The notes beneath the pieces are model-generated. The model ran no database searches and was not told where the DNA came from. It was given only the letters and a program-made list of their open reading frames with translations. The position numbers and the translations under genes are program-made. Below are positions 59,716-64,000 of a DNA stretch of 64,000 nt, piece after piece (position 1 is the stretch's first letter; the number at the start of each line of letters is the position of its first letter). The stretch is from Acidobacteriota bacterium. Lineage in GTDB: Bacteria > Acidobacteriota > UBA6911 > RPQK01 > CBDAPI01. The stretch covers positions 157,881-221,880 of the forward strand of contig CBDCBX010000018.1 in the NCBI GenBank assembly GCA_965214465.1. The letters run 5' to 3'.

Positions 59716-61497
59716 TTACTTCTGATGCACTTCCAGTTGATGAATTCCCCGTAGCCTGGTGCCGTGCTGCAGCACCGCTTCGATCTCCGTATCGCCCCGG
59801 GGAAGATCCACTCCGTTGAAAGTGCAGGTTGCGGCTTCGGCTCCAATCTCCTGCATGAGTTCCGTGTCCCCGATCTTGAGCCGGACGCTCCCCGGCTCTG
59901 ACTCGGGATCGAAGCGCAAGAAGAGGTCGTAGGCTGCCGCCCGGGTGACGTACACCTCCCAGTGCCCGGAAGAGCCGCGCTGCCATCCAGCTGTAAAGTC
60001 GGGGTTGGAGCGCCAGTCCTGGCGAGTCAGGACGGTCGGGTTCTCTGCGGCGGAGCCGATGTGGATTCGTGGCGGCGCATAATTGTCGGGCCGGGAACTG
60101 CTGACGGAATCGAACCAGGAGTCATAGGCGGCCTTCATCTGGAGCAGAATCTCGGGGCGACGCCCGGCCAGATTGTGCTCTTCAAGGGGATCCTCCTGCA
60201 TGTCATAGAGCTCGAATTCTGGGCTGGAGGACAGCGTTTCACTGTGAAATCCACTGGGATTGAGCAACTTCCAGGGCTGAGTGCGGGCCGCGAAGTTGTG
60301 GTAGCGCTGGGGGAGATTCCCGCGGTGGCCCTGAAGCACAATCGTACGGTCGGGCCAGTCGGGCGTCTCTCCCTGCAGAAGCGGCAGGAGGCTCCTGCCA
60401 TCGATTTGCAGCCCCGGGGGCAACCCCACCCCGGCTGCCTCCAGCAAGGTGGGAAGAACGTCGATGTGGGCGGCGATCCGATCCGAGGAAATGGGGGTAA
60501 GACGGGCCGGCCAGCGCACCCAGAAAGGGGAGCGGATCCCGCCCTCGTAGACCTCGCTCTTCATCCCCCGCATCCCGGCCACATAGCGACGAGTGTTGGG
60601 GCCGTTGTCCACCATAAAGACGATGATCGTGTTGTCGGTCAGACCGAGTTCCTGCAGCTTGTCGACCAGACGTCCCACGTTTTCATCAATGTTGGTGATC
60701 ATGGCGAAGATGCGATTGAGCCGGTCTCTGCTGTCCCATTCCCCGGGCAAGGGGTGTCCTTTGAGCTGTGGAAACTGTGATGGACTCAGATCCTGTGCCT
60801 GGTAGTACTCGAGGTGTTCGGCAGGGACGTCATGAAAGGGAAAGTGGGGTGCGTTGGTGGGAAGGTAGGCCAGAAAGGGCTTGCCCTCACTCTGGTTTTG
60901 GGCGATCCATTCCAGAGCCGACTCGAAGTAGACGTCCGTACAGTAACCCTTGGTTTGGATCGCCTGGCCGTTGTGGAAGAGCACGGCGTCCGTATACCTG
61001 TTTTCTCCCCCCGGCGGGTCCGACGGTTGACCGATCCCACCGCCGCGGTGGACTAATACCTCCTCGAATCCCTGGTCCTGAGGTCGCATCGGATAGTTGT
61101 CCCCCAGATGCCACTTGCCAAATATCCCGGTCGCGTATCCGGCTTTTTTCAGGATTTCCGCCAGTGTTTCTTCCTCTGGCTCCAGCATGGCCCGCCCTAA
61201 CCAGGTGTCAACCACCCGGGTGCGGTAGTTGTAACGTCCGGTCATCAGGCTGGCCCTGGTCGGAGCGCACACCGGACTCACGTAGAAGGACTCCATTCTG
61301 GCGCTGCCGCTCGCCAGTCGGTCCAGATGAGGAGTCCGAATGAGGGGATTTCCGGTGACGCCCAGATCCCCATAACCTTGATCGTCGGTCATGATGAGCA
61401 CGATGTTGGGAGGATCGGCTTGCGGACGGGCTGTCTGTCGGCAACCCCCCAACAGCAGGATCGCTACGGGAAGCAAGACAGGGGCAAAGCTCTTCAT
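59716..61497 (-). CDS. Arylsulfatase (lipoprotein)
   Basis: PNIVLIMTDDQG, CAPTRASLMTG (FGly motif), GKWHLG, YEGGIR. Confidence 0.93.
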   Translation of the reverse strand: MKSFAPVLLPVAILLLGGCRQTARPQADPPNIVLIMTDDQGYGDLGVTGNPLIRTPHLDRLASGSARMESFYVSPVCAPTRASLMTGRYNYRTRVVDTWLGRAMLEPEEETLAEILKKAGYATGIFGKWHLGDNYPMRPQDQGFEEVLVHRGGGIGQPSDPPGGENRYTDAVLFHNGQAIQTKGYCTDVYFESALEWIAQNQSEGKPFLAYLPTNAPHFPFHDVPAEHLEYYQAQDLSPSQFPQLKGHPLPGEWDSRDRLNRIFAMITNIDENVGRLVDKLQELGLTDNTIIVFMVDNGPNTRRYVAGMRGMKSEVYEGGIRSPFWVRWPARLTPISSDRIAAHIDVLPTLLEAAGVGLPPGLQIDGRSLLPLLQGETPDWPDRTIVLQGHRGNLPQRYHNFAARTQPWKLLNPSGFHSETLSSSPEFELYDMQEDPLEEHNLAGRRPEILLQMKAAYDSWFDSVSSSRPDNYAPPRIHIGSAAENPTVLTRQDWRSNPDFTAGWQRGSSGHWEVYVTRAAAYDLFLRFDPESEPGSVRLKIGDTELMQEIGAEAATCTFNGVDLPRGDTEIEAVLQHGTRLRGIHQLEVHQK

Positions 61498-61644
61498 GTC
61501 GGCCATCCAGGTCAAGTATATCGAAGAGGCTCATCGCGGCCGGGTTTTCGCCACCTTCTCCTGGTGTGTCACACACACAACTCGAATACAATACTGATCA
61601 GCAGAGTGTTGGTTGGCCATGGAAACTGTCCGAGGAATCACCCG

Positions 61645-62634
61645 ATGAGACGAACTCTCCCATTCCTGCTGGTTGTCACCCTGGTTTCGTGGGCCGGACG
61701 GACCCTTGCGGCCGAACCGGGCTATGATCCGCTAGCGCTTTCCAGTCTGAGCCCCCCCGAGACACTGGACTTTGCAGTCGATGACAAAGAACGAGAACGC
61801 GAGATTCCCCTTCGCATCTATTTCCCGGCAGACCGAACACCCGCACCTGTCGTCCTCTTCAGCCATGGCCTGGGAGGCTCGCGCGAGGGGAATGCCTACA
61901 TGGGTCGGCACTGGGCCGGGCGTGGCTACGTAGTCGTGTTCCTCCAGCATCCGGGGAGCGATACCTCGGTCTGGCAGAACGTCCCTTTGAGCGAGCGCAT
62001 GGCTGCTCTGAAGCAGGCGGCCAGCCTGCGGAATTTCCTGCTCCGGGTGCAAGACGTAGCCAGCGTGCTCGATCAACTCGTTGACTGGAACCAGATCGAA
62101 GGTCATGGACTGGCGGGGCGGATCGATCTGAAGCAGGTCGGGATGTCGGGACATTCCTTCGGGGCGGTGACTACGCAGGCGGTCAGCGGCCAGGGCATTC
62201 TACTGGGCCGGCCCACCTACACCGACTCTCGAATTCAGGCGGCCATCGCCTTTAGCCCCAGCACTCCCCGACTGGGAAGCGCCAACCGGGCCTTTGGCGC
62301 TGTGCTCATTCCCTGGATGCTGATGACCGGCACCAGGGATCTGGCCGTGATCGGGAAGGCCGACCTGGAGTCGCGCCTGGCCGTGTATCCCGCCTTACCG
62401 CCCGGGGGGAAGTACGAGCTGGTCCTGGACCGGGCCAAACACTCCGCCTTCACGGAACGCGTGCTTCCCGGAGACACCGAGACTCGAAACCCCAATCACC
62501 ACCGGGTCATACTCGCCTTGAGTACGGCCTTTTGGGATGCCTGGCTGCGCCAGGATGCCGGCGCAAGAGCCTGGCTGGACGGCGACGGTCCGCGCTCCGT
62601 GTTGGAGAAAAAGGATCGCTGGCAGACCAAGTGA
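61645..62634 (+). CDS. Exported alpha/beta hydrolase (dienelactone hydrolase/PAF-AH-like)
   Basis: FSHGLGGS, QHPGSD, GHSFG, MTGTRD, AKH. Confidence 0.85.
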   Translation: MRRTLPFLLVVTLVSWAGRTLAAEPGYDPLALSSLSPPETLDFAVDDKEREREIPLRIYFPADRTPAPVVLFSHGLGGSREGNAYMGRHWAGRGYVVVFLQHPGSDTSVWQNVPLSERMAALKQAASLRNFLLRVQDVASVLDQLVDWNQIEGHGLAGRIDLKQVGMSGHSFGAVTTQAVSGQGILLGRPTYTDSRIQAAIAFSPSTPRLGSANRAFGAVLIPWMLMTGTRDLAVIGKADLESRLAVYPALPPGGKYELVLDRAKHSAFTERVLPGDTETRNPNHHRVILALSTAFWDAWLRQDAGARAWLDGDGPRSVLEKKDRWQTK

Positions 62635-62640
62635 GTGGAC

Positions 62641-64000
62641 CTAAGCCAGCAGCTCTTCAATAACCTGGCCGCCGAATTGAGAAAGCTGCTTGAAGCGGCC
62701 CCCGTGGAAATAGGTCAGCTGGTTGTCGTCCAGTCCCAGGAGTCTCAGAATCGTCACGTGGAGGTCACGGATATGGTGGACATTCTCAACCGCCTGGGCG
62801 CCCAGCTCGTCGGTGGCGCCAACCGTGTGACCGGCCTTGACTCCGCCTCCCGCCAACCAGATGGTCATGGCCCTTGCGTTGTGATCGCGGCCGTAGGCGA
62901 TACCACCGCGAATACCGTTGTCCGGGCTCCTGCCAAACTCGCCACACCACACGATTAGAGTCTCGTCCAGAAGGCCCCGCTGCTTGAGATCAGTAATGAG
63001 CGCCGCCATCGGCTTGTCAACAGAATGAATCAAGGTTCCGTGGGCTTTCTCGATGTAGTCGTGCGAATCCCAGGTGCCGGCGTAGAGTTGCACGAAACGC
63101 ACTCCCTGCTCTACCAGGCGCCGGGCCAGGAGGCATTTTCGTCCAAATGCGTCGGTACCCTCTTCGTCGACTCCGTACATGCCTCTGGTGTGGGCACTCT
63201 CCGACTCGATGTCCAGAATCTCCGGTACCTCCATCTGCATGCGAAAGGCCAGTTCGTAGTTCACCATTCGTGCTGACAACTCCTGGTGCCAGGGATGGCG
63301 GGTTCGATGGCCGGCGTTGAGCTCGGCCAGCAGGTCCAGGTTTTCTCGCTGGTGCTCGGGAGTGACACCGTCAATCGGGCGCAGATTGAGCAGAGGAGAA
63401 CCTTTGGCGCGCAGGGCGGTGCCCTGGTACTGGGCGGGAAGAAATCCGCTACCCCAGTTGGGGGCACCCCCCTGCGGGTAGAAGACTTCGGGCAGCACCA
63501 CAAACCCGGGCAGATTTTGATTGAGTGTACCCAGGCCGTAAGTCACCCACGACCCCAGGGCAGGATCGCCGCCAAAACGATTGCCCGTGTTCAACTGGTA
63601 CAGGGCCGTGGGGTGGTTCACCGAATCGACCTGGCACCCCCGATAGAAACAGAGATCATCGGCCACCTTTGCCAGGTGCTCCCATTGGGTTGACATGTCG
63701 GCGCCACTCTCCCCCACCTGCTGAAAATCAAAGGGGCTCTGGACGTAGTACCGTTTCCCGGACTCCATGGCCGAGTTCATCTCTCCCCGGCGCTGAAACT
63801 CTTTGAGATGAAGTTCCTTGAGTCTGGGCTTGGGATCGAACGTATCGATGTGGCTGGGGCCACCCTCCATCATCAGAAAGATACAGTTCTTTGCCTTGGA
63901 AGGAAGGTGCGCGGCGGCCGGGGCCTCTCCGGCCATCTGATCCGTCAGGGCGACGGACCCGATAGTGGCGCCCAGCCCGTACAGAAATTCTCGCCGGCCC
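62641..64000 (-). CDS. DUF1501 family protein (sulfatase-associated type), 5' end at or beyond window edge
   Basis: GRREFLYG Tat motif at the edge; CIFLMMEGGPSHIDTFDPKP, GTWDSH, GEFGRSP, GRDHN. Confidence 0.9.
   Translation of the reverse strand, partial: GRREFLYGLGATIGSVALTDQMAGEAPAAAHLPSKAKNCIFLMMEGGPSHIDTFDPKPRLKELHLKEFQRRGEMNSAMESGKRYYVQSPFDFQQVGESGADMSTQWEHLAKVADDLCFYRGCQVDSVNHPTALYQLNTGNRFGGDPALGSWVTYGLGTLNQNLPGFVVLPEVFYPQGGAPNWGSGFLPAQYQGTALRAKGSPLLNLRPIDGVTPEHQRENLDLLAELNAGHRTRHPWHQELSARMVNYELAFRMQMEVPEILDIESESAHTRGMYGVDEEGTDAFGRKCLLARRLVEQGVRFVQLYAGTWDSHDYIEKAHGTLIHSVDKPMAALITDLKQRGLLDETLIVWCGEFGRSPDNGIRGGIAYGRDHNARAMTIWLAGGGVKAGHTVGATDELGAQAVENVHHIRDLHVTILRLLGLDDNQLTYFHGGRFKQLSQFGGQVIEELLA

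Overview
GC-rich bacterial chromosome segment, most likely Acidobacteriota (inferred from an Acidobacterial-type VWA protein, futalosine-pathway mqnC and DUF1800/DUF1501 genes). Several indels and stops suggest either consensus errors or gene decay. 1-31.3 kb is mostly core and envelope genes: large NAD-glutamate dehydrogenase (runs off the edge), ddl, DUF1800-DUF1501, a DASS transporter, murJ-xerD, lpxD-wzm-wzt with two sulfotransferases and GT4 enzymes, a B12 radical SAM, mqnC, an M16 peptidase pair and lepA-hemW. These are interspersed with REP/REPIN repeats and two related MITEs sitting in CTAG stop codons. 31.29-47.65 kb is a decayed ~16.4 kb island. Its two ends join into a 50-bp palindromic serine-integrase-type attP (24-GG-24) that lies inside the 3' end of a truncated recombinase-like gene. 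A third related att half-site cuts an RraA-like gene at 47.73 kb. The island holds two rve-type elements with passenger genes, a nested IS1380, IS903-like and IS3 elements, a Ser/Thr kinase-RDD gene, a WD40 gene and many gene fragments. 48-64 kb has a VWA gene with a perfect 219-bp tandem duplication, Tat-exported enzymes, egtB-egtD, an M28 peptidase, an arylsulfatase, a hydrolase and a DUF1501 gene. Family names come from motif recognition, not from database searches.
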